Shown: positions 1-10,620, counted from the stretch's first letter. The stretch is DNA of 64,000 bases from Candidatus Latescibacterota bacterium (GCA_965226795.1 CBDDDZ010000005.1:2272001-2336000); one strand, 5' to 3'. Notes: a model not told the origin generated them from the sequence alone. Numbers and translations: made by a program.

Positions 1-345
1 CATGGGTCTGAATGGGATCACGACCAGGGGATATTGATCGCCAAGACAAAGGGTCCTAAAATCTCCCTCTACAACTCGTACTCTGCGTTTTACGGCGGCA
101 GATTCGTCGGCGAGCTTTGCCCGCAGGACCTCCAGCATCGCGCGAGATGCATCTATCCCCGTGACGTCAACACCCTGCCGCGCAAGCGGCAAAGTGATTC
201 TACCGGTCCCGCAGCCAAGCTCGAGTACAGGTCCGCCATACTCCTTGGCCAGATCCAGATAGAATTCCCTGTCAACCAGGTCTTCCTTGGCGCTGTACGC
301 GGCGTCGTAGTGCTTCGCTGCCAAACTGTAGGAATCATCAGTCAT
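1..345 (-). CDS. class I SAM-dependent methyltransferase (runs off left edge)
   Basis: Manual translation MTDDSYSLAAKHYDAAY...GGPVLELGCGTGRITLPLARQGVDVTGIDAS; SAM motif I. Confidence 0.85.
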   Translation of the reverse strand, partial: MTDDSYSLAAKHYDAAYSAKEDLVDREFYLDLAKEYGGPVLELGCGTGRITLPLARQGVDVTGIDASRAMLEVLRAKLADESAAVKRRVRVVEGDFRTLCLGDQYPLVVIPFRPM

Positions 346-384
346 TGTGAGTTGCCTATCGTGCTGTCAGGGTCTGTCCATTTG

Positions 385-530
385 TTGTAGCGGTGTGCCG
401 GTCTGCGATCCCGGAACCAGGCTGCTGACCCTGAACCCTGAGCTTGCGGTCCCTGAGCCTGCGGTCCCTGAGCTTGTCGAAGGGTCGAAGGGCAGTCGAA
501 GGGTGTCGAAGCCGGGCACGGGATCTTTTT
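385..530 (-). repeat. degenerate attC-like site containing a nested stack of palindromic elements
   Basis: Ends with GAAGCCGGGCACGG like intact sites (58634-58648); centre has 3-4 nested CCCTGAGC(T/C)TG...TCGAAGGG units. Confidence 0.6.
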
Positions 531-545
531 CGCTGGCTGTTTCAC

Positions 546-1358
546 TCATGCCGTGCCAACGAGTTTCTCCCTCAGTTTGACCGCAGTCTGGTACGCATCG
601 GCAAGAAACTCAGTCGGCGGTTGAGCGCGATCCCGGGGCACGGCCTCAATCATGACTGGACCATCGTACGATGTGGGATATCCTTTCGAAACTGCATCCC
701 AATCTACGATTCCTTTCATCGGCAACCAGTGAACGTCGACCTGTCCGTCGGTGTCTGAAAAGTGCGTTGTGATGAGACGCTTCGCCCACTTCCCAAGTAC
801 AGCGGTGGGAGTGCCGGAATGCAGATAGTCGTGTGAGCTATCGTAGCACAAGCCCAGGCTCTCCAGGGGTACTTCATTTAAGATGAAGTCCAGGTGAGTG
901 GTTGCCCTTGTATTCTCAAGCGCCAATTTGATTCCAGCGTTTGCTGCCTCCTCGCCCAACCGTTGAAAAATCTCCAGTCCTTTCACGTGAGGCGGAGGCG
1001 GTGTTGGTCCCCTGGTTACGTGAAGCACAATGGACGAAATCATATGCCGACTGCAGTATTCAATCAACTCAAGGTTCTCATGAACCAATGCATCGCGTTC
1101 GCTGGGCTTGTCAGACCAGAAAGCATTCGCGGTTTCGAATGTTGCGTGGGCGTGATCCACCTTAAGCCCGGCATCGGCAACCATTCCCGGCATTTCGTGC
1201 GCACGACCGGATTCCACCATGGGTTCCTGGCTACCCATCCACAAAAATGTGTGACTGAAACCACTCTGCCTGATCAGACTCAGGCGCTCGGTAAGAGGCA
1301 GTTCGTAGCCGAACCAGACAAATGTGCCGAGGGAGGCCTCGGCTCTACCGGAAGTCAT
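546..1358 (-). CDS. sugar phosphate isomerase/epimerase family (xylose isomerase-like TIM barrel)
   Basis: LALENT, LCYDSSH, THFSD, HWLP..G.VDW, MIE motifs. Confidence 0.85.
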   Translation of the reverse strand: MTSGRAEASLGTFVWFGYELPLTERLSLIRQSGFSHTFLWMGSQEPMVESGRAHEMPGMVADAGLKVDHAHATFETANAFWSDKPSERDALVHENLELIEYCSRHMISSIVLHVTRGPTPPPPHVKGLEIFQRLGEEAANAGIKLALENTRATTHLDFILNEVPLESLGLCYDSSHDYLHSGTPTAVLGKWAKRLITTHFSDTDGQVDVHWLPMKGIVDWDAVSKGYPTSYDGPVMIEAVPRDRAQPPTEFLADAYQTAVKLREKLVGTA

Positions 1359-1477
1359 GAATTGTTCTTCTCATCATATTGCGCCTGACCGCGCATTAGG
1401 GAACAGATGCAACAATCCAGACCAGATCTGAGGAATCGTGGCGAGCGTCGTCGAAAAAGCTTTTGCCGGCATGCGGG

Positions 1478-1870
1478 TCAACCCACCGGGCCAGCGTCCG
1501 CGAGGGGTTGCTCCCGCGCTGCACGTCGGAATAACCAGGACGAAACGACCCACAAAGCAATGAAGAACCCGTTCAGACCGAGGATCTCAAGCGGCCCGCT
1601 CGCGGGGTACCCCAACCTGCCAATTAGCGCGACCGCGGTGACCAACGCCTGGGCGAGCGCCGTCGCGAACAGTGCGAGTGCCATTCCCCGAGGCTGGAAG
1701 CGCGCGGTGACGGCACCGATGATTCCGACGGCGAGTACCCCGAAATACATCAGGTTTGCGTCGTTGTTCTCGGATCCGATCATGCCGACTGCGCCATTCA
1801 CCCAGAGGAGGATGACCGCTGTCGCGAGCGCGATGCCGATGGCAAATCGGTAGGGATTACACGTAGTCAT
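1478..1870 (-). CDS. small integral membrane protein
   Basis: 130 aa, about four hydrophobic segments, GGAG upstream. Confidence 0.7.
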   Translation of the reverse strand: MTTCNPYRFAIGIALATAVILLWVNGAVGMIGSENNDANLMYFGVLAVGIIGAVTARFQPRGMALALFATALAQALVTAVALIGRLGYPASGPLEILGLNGFFIALWVVSSWLFRRAAREQPLADAGPVG

Positions 1871-1990
1871 TGCTTCTCCTATCGTCCCGGCGGGGTTGTT
1901 TGACCATCAGGAGTTTCGGATTCCTGGTTACGATACACTGTGCACACGGAATGAGCCGAATCCTCAGCCTTTTTCGGCGTCGATATTGCC

Positions 1991-2146
1991 GCTGACGTTC
2001 CCGAGCCCCTGCAAAAACCCCGAGCTGGGCCGCTGAGCCTGCGCCCTGAGCCGCTCCCTGAGCTTGTCGAAGGGTCGGCGAAGGGTGACGATGAGTTGCC
2101 GGAGGCCTGGGTGCCGCAGGCGCTTAGTGGTAACTGGTTGTTATAG
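1991..2146 (-). repeat. degenerate attC-like site with nested palindromic insertions
   Basis: GCTGAC...GTTATAG ends; GTTGCCGGAGGCC core; nested CCCTGAGC...CGAAGGG. Confidence 0.6.
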
Positions 2147-2154
2147 GCAACGGA

Positions 2155-2649
2155 TCACCCACATCTCAAATGCTTGATCATGATCAGGCAGGGGTTCTCC
2201 TCGCCCCATAGGTTCGTTTCCTCAATGGGCCGGAAACCAGCGGTCTCATAGAATGCGCGGGTCTGCGCATAGTGTGCAGACGGCCTGGAGGGGCCGAGCG
2301 TTTTGACTTCCAAATATTCCACGCCCAGGGAATTAAGGGATTGTTCCACGTGGTTTACCAGGTTTCGCCCAATACCCTTCCTGTGAAAATCCTTCCTGAC
2401 GGCCATCACGTGAATTTCCGCCGTATACGGATTGTGCTGCTGAATCGTGATGAAGCCCACGACCTTCCTGTTCACTTCAACAACATATGAATCCATTGCC
2501 TTGATATCTTGAGAGTACTGCACAATCGACTCTTCAATGCCAAACCAATCGGGAAGGGATCGCATGATGGCTTCGCAGTCCGTTGCTTCTTCACCTGCCA
2601 GGGGGCGGATGACAAATGGTATTTCCTGCAGGTGGCTTCGTTTTTCCAC
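2155..2649 (-). CDS. GNAT family N-acetyltransferase
   Basis: HVMAVRKDFHRKGIG (motif A), FYETAGF. Confidence 0.88.
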   Translation of the reverse strand: MEKRSHLQEIPFVIRPLAGEEATDCEAIMRSLPDWFGIEESIVQYSQDIKAMDSYVVEVNRKVVGFITIQQHNPYTAEIHVMAVRKDFHRKGIGRNLVNHVEQSLNSLGVEYLEVKTLGPSRPSAHYAQTRAFYETAGFRPIEETNLWGEENPCLIMIKHLRCG

Positions 2650-2690
2650 AGTGGCCTTAAGACGTTAATCGGTAGTGGTGATTCCAGTTT

Positions 2691-2842
2691 CTATAACTTC
2701 CCGTCGGTTTGAGAACCCCGAACTCGGCCTTGGTGCCTGCACCCTCAGCCTTGCCCTGAGCTTTTACTCTAAGCCTGTCGGAGAGATGCAGAGGGCGTTG
2801 CCGAAGGCCCATGCGGCGCGCTACAGGAACCGGATGTCATGC
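2691..2842 (-). repeat. degenerate attC-like site with decayed palindromic insertions
   Basis: CTATAAC...GGTTTGAGAACC...GTTGCCGAAGGCC...GTCATGC. Confidence 0.55.
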
Positions 2843-2857
2843 GATGGGGTTCATTTC

Positions 2858-3661
2858 CTACGCGAGCGGCCGTCCCCAGGAAATCCGCGTTTGCAGATCG
2901 AAGCTTAGAATCCCGCCTTCGTCAGCGTACTCGAAGAGGATGCTCGATAGCTCGGCATCAAATGCCGCTGCATTGTCCTCCCCCATGTGTTTGACGGACA
3001 TGCTCTCACGCGAATGAAAGGATCCGACGTAGTCCCGAATCGATTGCGAGAAACGAACAGGCCTGGTTAGTTTGTCGTCCAACGGCTGGAAGTGGCCCCG
3101 GTCCTGAAGTTCCTGAATCAGGTCGATATCCTCATAGTGCGGGTTCGTCGAATACTTGCGAATCAACGCAAGTTCAGCTTCTCGCCAGGGCGGGGCCATG
3201 GGTCGATCTCCTTCGACAATGACGACGCACCCGCCATCCGACAACGCATTCTTGAATCTTGGAAAGACTGTCCTCCACTCCATCCAGTGAATACTTGCGC
3301 CCGCTGTCACCATGGAGTAGGGCGGGTTCAATTCCGCCTCCTCGACCCGTCCCTGGATCCATGTGAGGCGTGGATGGCCACCGTTGACCAGTGACTTTCC
3401 CACCCGAATCATCTCCTCTGAAAAGTCGATTGCATCCACACCTTCTGAGTATTCCACAAGCAACCGCGCGATCTTCCCCGGACCGCATCCGACGTCCAGA
3501 ACCCTGCCCGGAGACTCGCCAAGCAGAACCCTCAGTATTTCATACGTCTCTTCCGGATATGGTGGACGAAGTTCGTAGGCATCGGCCAGGCTCTTATGCT
3601 TGAATCGGCTCGCGTGATCATCCCAGTATTGCCGCGGCCTCGCGGAGATATCTGTGGCCAT
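2858..3661 (-). CDS. class I SAM-dependent methyltransferase
   Basis: YELRPPYP, VLDVGCGPG; start MATDISARP after AGG; paralog at 8575-9380. Confidence 0.88.
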   Translation of the reverse strand: MATDISARPRQYWDDHASRFKHKSLADAYELRPPYPEETYEILRVLLGESPGRVLDVGCGPGKIARLLVEYSEGVDAIDFSEEMIRVGKSLVNGGHPRLTWIQGRVEEAELNPPYSMVTAGASIHWMEWRTVFPRFKNALSDGGCVVIVEGDRPMAPPWREAELALIRKYSTNPHYEDIDLIQELQDRGHFQPLDDKLTRPVRFSQSIRDYVGSFHSRESMSVKHMGEDNAAAFDAELSSILFEYADEGGILSFDLQTRISWGRPLA

Positions 3662-4018
3662 CCTGACCGACCTTCCAATGTTTTTTGGATGGTCGACCCG
3701 ATTCGCGAGCGCCGTGACCTCGAAGGACGGCTGGGCGACATGGCGAAAGCCCAAACGGGCCGTGCCACAACGTTAGCCGATCGGCCGGCTCCACGTGCGC
3801 CGAGAGGAAAGACGCCTGTACGGGCTGCTCTCAGAGCGGCACGACCCAAATTTATATCCGGATAAATGGCATTATTCCTGCCTCGCCAATCCCAGATGAC
3901 GGCTCCGGATACGAGGGGAATATTCTCCCAGTTTATGGAATAATTCTGCAAAGCGAGGAGCTCAGCGCGCACACCGAGAGCTGATTCAAGACCGTAGAGA
4001 GAGCCGCCAGTTTGACCT

Positions 4019-4576
4019 TCACGAGCGCCGGGTCCGTTTCATATCATAAGCGAATTGGTATAGTTCCCCGAAGTCCGCCGACGCCGGGCCGAACAGCTCT
4101 GCCGCCTGTCTGAAATGGACGGCCCGAACTTCCACAATCCTGCTATGCGGATCCGGATCGGGTCTGTCCTCGGGTCTTCCAACCACATCCGCCCAGGAGA
4201 CGATTCGCACATGTACCGGGTGTGGGACATGGGGCAACCTGGGTCGGTCGTTTCGGGAAACGCAGTGATACATCCCGATCGGATGAAGTTTCCCCGGGAT
4301 GCTCCCGGTTTCTTCCAGCAGTTCGCGACGACCGGCCTCGCCCCAATTCTCGCCGGGTTCGAGGGTGCCTCCCGGCAGGACCCATTTCCCGTTCGCCCGC
4401 CGGGTCACGAGACATTCACTGTCCGAGACAAAGGGAATGATATAGGATGCGCCGCAAATGGTCGAAGCCAGTTCGTTTTGGAATCTGCGGAAGTGGACAC
4501 CGGGACGCAGCTGCTCCTGCTCCTCGCTCAAGACAAGGTATTTAGAGATGATCTTGTCGAAGTGCGTACGGTCCAT
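4019..4576 (-). CDS. NUDIX hydrolase
   Basis: Nudix box PGGTLEPGENWGEAGRRELLEETG. Confidence 0.88.
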   Translation of the reverse strand: MDRTHFDKIISKYLVLSEEQEQLRPGVHFRRFQNELASTICGASYIIPFVSDSECLVTRRANGKWVLPGGTLEPGENWGEAGRRELLEETGSIPGKLHPIGMYHCVSRNDRPRLPHVPHPVHVRIVSWADVVGRPEDRPDPDPHSRIVEVRAVHFRQAAELFGPASADFGELYQFAYDMKRTRRS

Positions 4577-4654
4577 GTTCAGCCTGTGTCTGGTCATCCG
4601 GCGACGCGTCGTGCGCCTCAACGCTTGTCTAGCGCGTGATTTCCAAAGTTCATC

Positions 4655-5539
4655 TCAAAGCATTCCCATAACACGCTCAGCCCTGTTGTGGATTTCCCCA
4701 CTCTCTGCAAGTTTGAGGCTTTCCTCCGCCCAGGACGGAAATCTGGGCCGACGGAAGGCTTCAACGAGGGCATACAGGGGAGCCCTTACGTCGTCCAAGA
4801 CTTTCTCCCCGGGATCGGTCTCGCCGTATGCAGACCGGAATGCATCCGCAGCAACCGGGCCAAGAGAGCCCGTAACGTTTCTGTAATCCGAATACCGCAA
4901 TCCAATCCCCAGAAGATGATAGTCAAACACCACGGCGCTGATCGGCTTCACGTTCCGAGACAATGCCAGATTGGTCCAATGAAAGTCATTGTAAGTTAGC
5001 GTCTCAGCGGAAGTTATCGCGGCGATCCTGATTCTGTCGATATTGTCGGCGAGCGTGACCCACCTGGACTTATATGGGCCGCCAACCTTCGAGGCCACTT
5101 CCAGGATCGAAGCGGGCGAAATTTCGTCGATCTCACGCCGCATGAATAAATGCCCGTGCTGACGAGTCCAACCCCTCCAGTCTGCACCGTGGAGTGCTTG
5201 ATACCAGGCTGCTAGCGCGACGCCAACTTCCGGATTCCCGATATCCTCCTCACAGGCAAGCCTGAGATGTTCGCTGACGTCAAGATCCTCAAGCAGAAGT
5301 GCATCATTCGTACTCGAAATGACGCGAAGGGTCGGAATCCCAAGATCCTTGAGCATCGCATAGGCCCCGACTTCCCTCGACGCATCCGGATCTACGAATA
5401 CTTTCAGTATGTACGAAGAACCATCTAACGCGATCCGAAAGAGATGGCGACCAGGTTTCTTCCGGATTGGCTCGACTTTTTCCAAATGGGAGTCGCATAA
5501 CCCCGTCTTTGCCAGGGTAACGCACACATCGTCGGACAT
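4655..5539 (-). CDS. aminoglycoside phosphotransferase/choline kinase-like protein
   Basis: YILKVF, YNDFHWTN (Brenner-like), VFDY. Confidence 0.75.
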   Translation of the reverse strand: MSDDVCVTLAKTGLCDSHLEKVEPIRKKPGRHLFRIALDGSSYILKVFVDPDASREVGAYAMLKDLGIPTLRVISSTNDALLLEDLDVSEHLRLACEEDIGNPEVGVALAAWYQALHGADWRGWTRQHGHLFMRREIDEISPASILEVASKVGGPYKSRWVTLADNIDRIRIAAITSAETLTYNDFHWTNLALSRNVKPISAVVFDYHLLGIGLRYSDYRNVTGSLGPVAADAFRSAYGETDPGEKVLDDVRAPLYALVEAFRRPRFPSWAEESLKLAESGEIHNRAERVMGML

Positions 5540-5657
5540 CTTGATCAGCCTCTATACGTCGCCTTGCTCGTTGACCCTTTTTGCGTAGCGGAATTCACGG
5601 CGCTATTACCAGAAGCGGAAAATAGTTGACGTTTTTTCCTCTGCTATAGAGGAGGAT

Positions 5658-5844
5658 GTAAACCATACGGTGTTCCCCGAACCTGTGGCCCGTAGCCCTG
5701 CCCTGAGCCGCTCCCTGAGCCTGTCGAAGGGTCGATGGAGCGAAGGGCTGACGAAGCATGTCGAGCGGATCCGGGACGCCAAAGGGGCCCTTCGACAGGC
5801 TCAGGATAAACTCCGCGACGCAGCGTAACACGGTACTGTCAGAT
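5658..5844 (-). repeat. degenerate attC-like site with two palindromic insertions in opposite orientations
   Basis: Nested CCCTGAGC...CGAAGGG at ~5696-5747, CCCTTCGACAGGCTCAGGATAAACTCC at ~5788-5814, then GCAGCGTAACACGG. Confidence 0.6.
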
Positions 5845-5938
5845 ATCGCTGTGTGTGTCCAACAGGTCTTCACTTTGCCAATTTACTTCGAAGATCATGA
5901 GTTGGAATGGCAGTCGACATCATTGGCATTCAACGGCA

Positions 5939-6352
5939 TCAAAGCCGTTGCTGTTGCTTGAGTTCGGGGACGATGTACTTCCGCAAGATAGGATTCAGTG
6001 GATATTTCCCTGATTCGAGATCCTCCATAGATGCCCAGGCGATCTCGAGCACCTCGTCCTGGTCCGGAACAGGTTCTCCCTCAAAACCTGCTACGTATGC
6101 TCGAACTCTAACCCTGTACCTCTCACCGGTTTTCGAAGGGTAGGCCAGACGCTCGTATTCGCCGAAGAATTCAGGATCCGTGGTCGTAATGTTGAGCTCT
6201 TCCATCAGTTCTCTCCGCAACGAATCCAGATCCGACTCACCGTCCTCGAGCTTTCCGCCGGGCAAGAGGTAATCCTGGATGCCATCGCACTTCACAAGCA
6301 AGAGGCCATCCTGCGTAATCAGAATCCCCGAGATGCGAACGATCGTCTTCAT
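5939..6352 (-). CDS. NUDIX hydrolase
   Basis: PGGKLEDGESDLDSLRRELMEEL. Confidence 0.88.
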   Translation of the reverse strand: MKTIVRISGILITQDGLLLVKCDGIQDYLLPGGKLEDGESDLDSLRRELMEELNITTTDPEFFGEYERLAYPSKTGERYRVRVRAYVAGFEGEPVPDQDEVLEIAWASMEDLESGKYPLNPILRKYIVPELKQQQRL

Positions 6353-6376
6353 TCTTTCCTTTACCAGGTCTGGCAC

Positions 6377-7201
6377 TCAAATCAGACCGCTCTTTTTGAA
6401 CAGAAACAGGGCTTCCACGGTAAAACTCGCTCGGTGTTTTTCTCCATGATTTGTGATCCAGCCCCCATCACTTTGTTGATTGCTCTTCACCCTGGCAAGT
6501 GACAATTCAAAGAGGTCTTCCGCAACATTACCGGCAAGAAGGCTGGCGTAGGCAATCGAGATTATGTCTCCAGGATCTGCCTCGTCTCTCTCCACAGCCT
6601 CATACAGCCTCTTCTTACATCCTCTGATAATCTGCTCATCTGTCCCACTGCCGGACCCTTGTAGACGAAACAGAGGCATTGCCATCCAATGCGTGTGCGC
6701 GTAGTCTGGAAATCTCTCGCCGTTCCATCCCCGTCGGACGAATTCCAGTACTTTTGTAAAATCCACTTGATGTGCCTGGCCTAATTCCTTCAATTTGCAG
6801 CATATTGCAGAGGTCAACCACACCTGGTTCCCGTAGCGGCCTGGCAACATCCAAAAAGGTGGGTTGAAACTGACAATCTCTTCTGGCTCATCCCAGCATC
6901 CATCTTCACGCTGGGTCCTTCGGAGAAAGTCCAGCGTGTTCAGTAGCACAGAGCTTTTCCGATCTCCAATCCAGTTCAACCATTGCAGCGTGACAAATGT
7001 TGCGGTGATGATGGACAAATCTCCCTGAAAATCCTTGTCAGTTCTGGTCCAGCCACCATCCTCTCTCTGATTGATCCTGAGAGCTTCGATTGCCTCCTCA
7101 CGACTGCAATCGCCAGTTGCATATTTGGCTAAACCTGAAAGAACGGGATCATTCGCGTTAAGAACGAAAGTCATCGCTCTGTCCAGATCAACGGTGCTCA
7201 T
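6377..7201 (-). CDS. prenyltransferase/squalene cyclase-like repeat protein
   Basis: Repeated QxxDGxW motifs (NQREDGGW, TQREDGCW, QQSDGGW). Confidence 0.75.
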   Translation of the reverse strand: MSTVDLDRAMTFVLNANDPVLSGLAKYATGDCSREEAIEALRINQREDGGWTRTDKDFQGDLSIITATFVTLQWLNWIGDRKSSVLLNTLDFLRRTQREDGCWDEPEEIVSFNPPFWMLPGRYGNQVWLTSAICCKLKELGQAHQVDFTKVLEFVRRGWNGERFPDYAHTHWMAMPLFRLQGSGSGTDEQIIRGCKKRLYEAVERDEADPGDIISIAYASLLAGNVAEDLFELSLARVKSNQQSDGGWITNHGEKHRASFTVEALFLFKKSGLI

Positions 7202-7320
7202 TATTCTTTCCTCCAACTGTCATTTGAACCGGATCGCGGCAGGTCGAGTCTGACGCAAATTTGCTCGGCGACAGGATAAGATGGGCGCGTCGAACATCGA
7301 CAGACAATTGAATACCCGGG

Positions 7321-8382
7321 CTATTTCAAGAAGTCCTCGCAACCCCAATCCACGAAGGCTTCGATTGCGAATTTCATCGAAATCACTCGCTTCCAGATCA
7401 GCGGACAAAAGACGCACGAAATGATCGAAAGCTGGAAGTCGTATTCGAATTCGTCACGGGAATAGTCGCTGATTCCACCGGCAATCAGTCCATCGTAATA
7501 CTGGTTCATCAGGCCGCTCTCAAATTGGCGCCGCCCACTCGTACCATGAACCAGCAGATATGCGAGATCATAGGCGCCGATGCCGCGTTTATACGTCTCC
7601 CAGTCAAAAAGGATCAGCTTGTCAGACGCCTTATTCTTCGGGTAGTAGAGATTCCACATATGGGCATCGCCGTGCAATAAAGTGATATTCCGCCCATCTG
7701 AGACGCGTGCGAGAAATACTTTAGGGTATCTTGCAATCGCCCGTTCGGTTGTCTCGATCCAGGCGGGCTGCAGTTCGTCGCCTGCCTCTTTCACGAAATC
7801 CTCAAGCGCAGGTTCGAACGCGCGACAACTCGCATGAACGTCCTTTTCGGCGATGGCCTGCGCCATCCGTAGCGGACCGCCATGGCGAACGTAAAAGGGC
7901 CATGTTTCCAGCCGTGGATGGTTCCACCACCGAACGTGGTATTTGAGCAATTCCGCGACGACCTGGTCGTGGGGGCGATCCTTTGCGTTCATTGGCGGTT
8001 CGGTATGCGTCCTGGAAAGGTCGGCCATTATAAGGTGGCAAATCTTATTTTCATGGTCGATTCCGCCGTCATAGACGGGGCAGACATGCGCTCCGGGTGT
8101 ATTGGTCGCAAGTTCGTTGTAAAAAGCCCACTCGAGGACGCCGCCCCCAAACCACCCTTTTCGAAAGACCTTCAGCACAAGCGCATTCGATACACCGCCA
8201 TCGCAATCATCGCTGAATTCAACGGTGAGCCGATCCCATTCTGCGGCAGAGGTTTCGAAGGAATCGGTCTTCTCGACGGAAAGGACCCGTCCGGATCGAA
8301 TGAAACCGTTCCGGGCCAATCTTCCGGTCAGTTCTGCTGGCGTGATTTGCTTCGCTTCGGTGATTGGATCCGATAGCTCCAT
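7321..8382 (-). CDS. phosphotransferase (APH/EcKinase-like)
   Basis: LVLKV, LLHGDAHMWN, ILFDWE, DLAYLL. Confidence 0.85.
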   Translation of the reverse strand: MELSDPITEAKQITPAELTGRLARNGFIRSGRVLSVEKTDSFETSAAEWDRLTVEFSDDCDGGVSNALVLKVFRKGWFGGGVLEWAFYNELATNTPGAHVCPVYDGGIDHENKICHLIMADLSRTHTEPPMNAKDRPHDQVVAELLKYHVRWWNHPRLETWPFYVRHGGPLRMAQAIAEKDVHASCRAFEPALEDFVKEAGDELQPAWIETTERAIARYPKVFLARVSDGRNITLLHGDAHMWNLYYPKNKASDKLILFDWETYKRGIGAYDLAYLLVHGTSGRRQFESGLMNQYYDGLIAGGISDYSRDEFEYDFQLSIISCVFCPLIWKRVISMKFAIEAFVDWGCEDFLK

Positions 8383-8439
8383 CCGTGAGTCTCCTCATAA
8401 TTCCATTTGATTTGGCTCTATCGATACACAATACACACG

Positions 8440-8529
8440 GTGACCGCTGGCGGCCTCGCCGTGCGCGAACTGCCGGAATCAGTTGGGCGGGGGTGCGGAT
8501 GCACCGAACCGCGCACGGACGTGTTAGCC
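8440..8529 (-). repeat. attC-like site (left core degenerate)
   Basis: CCGTGCGCG...CGCGCACGG stem ending GTGTTAGCC. Confidence 0.65.
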
Positions 8530-8574
8530 GAAGCTGCCAGTCTCCGCAACACTTTAGGCGTCGCGGGTCACTTT

Positions 8575-9380
8575 TCAGGCGCGCGGCCTTCCCCAGGATA
8601 CCCGCGTTTGCAGATCGAAGCTGAGAATCCCGGCTTCGTCAGCATACTCGAGGAGGATGCTCGACAACCTGGCGTCAAAGGCCGTTGCGTTATCCGGTCC
8701 CATGTGTTCAACTGACAAACTCTCCCGCGAATGAAACGATCCGACGTAGTCCCGAATCGATTGTGAAAAACGAACGGGGCTGGTCAGCTTATCGCCCAGC
8801 GGCAGGAAGTCGTCACGGTTCCGGAGTTCCTGAATCAAATCGATGTCCTCGTAGTGCCGGTTGGTCGAATACTTGCGGATCAGCTGAAGCTCTGCTTCAC
8901 GCCAGGGCGACTCCAAAGGACGGTCTCCTTCGATAATGACGACGCGCCCACCACATCCGACATCGCATTCTTGAATCGTGGAAAGACTACGCTCCACTCC
9001 ATCCAGTGAATACTTGCGCCCGCTGTCACCAGGGAGTACGGCGGGTTCCATTCTACGTCCTCGACGCGTCCGTGGATCCATCTCAGGCGTGGATGGTCAC
9101 CGTTCCGTAGCGACTTTCCCACACGGATCATTTCCTGTGAAAAGTCGATTGAGTCCACGCCTTCCGTGTAATCCACAAGCAGCCGCGCGATCTTCCCAGG
9201 ACCGCATCCAGCATCCAATACCCTGCCCGAAGACTCACCAAGTAAGTCCCTGAGTATGTCGTACGTCTCTTCCGGATATGGAGGTCGAAGTCCGTAGGCG
9301 TCGGCCAGGCTTTTGTTCTTGAATCGGGACGCGTGACTATCCCAGTATTGGCGCGGCCTCGCGGAGATTCCTGTGGCCAT
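8575..9380 (-). pseudogene. frameshifted paralog of the 2858-3661 methyltransferase
   Basis: ORFs 8880-9389 and 8575-9081 match its N- and C-terminal halves; 806 bp vs 804 bp. Confidence 0.85.
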
Positions 9381-9719
9381 CCTGATCAACCTCCTAACCT
9401 GATCAATTCATGAAATGTCACGGTTAGCTGCTTTATTCGCCAATCAATCAGCTCCGCCGCCGCACAATGGCGTGTCGAGCCATTGAAGATGCGCGTGTGA
9501 AGGTGGGGTAGTCATTCCTGTCTGCGCTTCTCATTGTCCTTCTGCCGGAATGCAGACAGAAGTGATCCAATAGATAGCGCCCTCCTTTTTCCAGTGGAGG
9601 TGACGGCGGCGAGTTTTGGTGTGCCCCGACACAGGATTCCGAGGTTCCGGATTCAGGTACGTGAGCAGACAAGAATGTCCGCTCCACCATTTCAAGCGTG
9701 TATTGTCGGGATTCCGACT

Positions 9720-10475
9720 CTACAATATCGGCTTGAATCCGGCTTGAAGAATCCTCTGGGCTGATGACTCGCCAAAGGGCGCGCCACACCCCCTGAGGTC
9801 GCCCACGACGGTGTGGTAATTGTAGTTCAATCTGTGATTCGCCACGTGCCATTCCCGCCCATCCCACGACACCGTGGCATATCCGACCCGATGGTCGCCG
9901 TCAAACGGAAACCCGACGGAATCGATGATCGCATAACGCTGGCCGCAAGGCGCGCCACTGGACGCGTAGTGGAGGTGCCCCGCCACAATCAGATTGGCCT
10001 CCGCATCCCCGAGCAGGACCCTGGCCTCCTCCTCCGGTGTAACCGTCAGAAGCCCGAAAGGATCAGGCTGGAGAACCAGCACACCGGTCACGTCAGCAGG
10101 CGTCGCGTGGACGATGAGAAGATCATCTTCCGGAGATGTGCCTCCCGGCGGGGTTATCCTGCGCTCAAACGGCAGACGCTTCAGATAGTTCAATCCATCT
10201 GATCCAAGCCTCTCTCTCACCCAGTCCACGCCGTCGAAGGAATATTCTTCATCAAAGACGAACAGGTCTGCGTTGCCGTAAATCGTGGGTGCATCTAGAT
10301 CCCGTATCGTGTCCAGGCTTTCGCGCGGGCGGGGTCCGTTCAGCACCAGGTCGCCAGCGACCACCAGACAGTCATACGGTCGACGCTTGAGATCCTCGAG
10401 AACGGCGTTGAGCGCAACGGCGTTGCCGTGAATATCTGCAATTACCGCAACTGTATATGGCACGGAATCACTCAT
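9720..10475 (-). CDS. metallophosphoesterase (calcineurin-like)
   Basis: DIHGN, GDLV, GNAD, VHA, GHLH motifs. Confidence 0.9.
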   Translation of the reverse strand: MSDSVPYTVAVIADIHGNAVALNAVLEDLKRRPYDCLVVAGDLVLNGPRPRESLDTIRDLDAPTIYGNADLFVFDEEYSFDGVDWVRERLGSDGLNYLKRLPFERRITPPGGTSPEDDLLIVHATPADVTGVLVLQPDPFGLLTVTPEEEARVLLGDAEANLIVAGHLHYASSGAPCGQRYAIIDSVGFPFDGDHRVGYATVSWDGREWHVANHRLNYNYHTVVGDLRGCGAPFGESSAQRILQAGFKPIL

Positions 10476-10620
10476 TCAAAGCTCGAAATCCTGGCGGCGC
10501 AACGTGAAATCCGCCGGCGGCGGGGCGGAACGAAGTGAAGCTGCGGCTTGAATTTATCTGACACGCAGGCTTTTCACAAGAACCATCAGTCAGGCATTTG
10601 TACAATGTTTTCAGGCGCTG

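Noticed and set aside
342..580. Short ORFs with LRQAQG / PELVEG / LSLSKG peptides (also near 5.7, 42.9, 46.3 and 51.3 kb)
   Set aside because: These are translations of the palindromic repeat, not genes.
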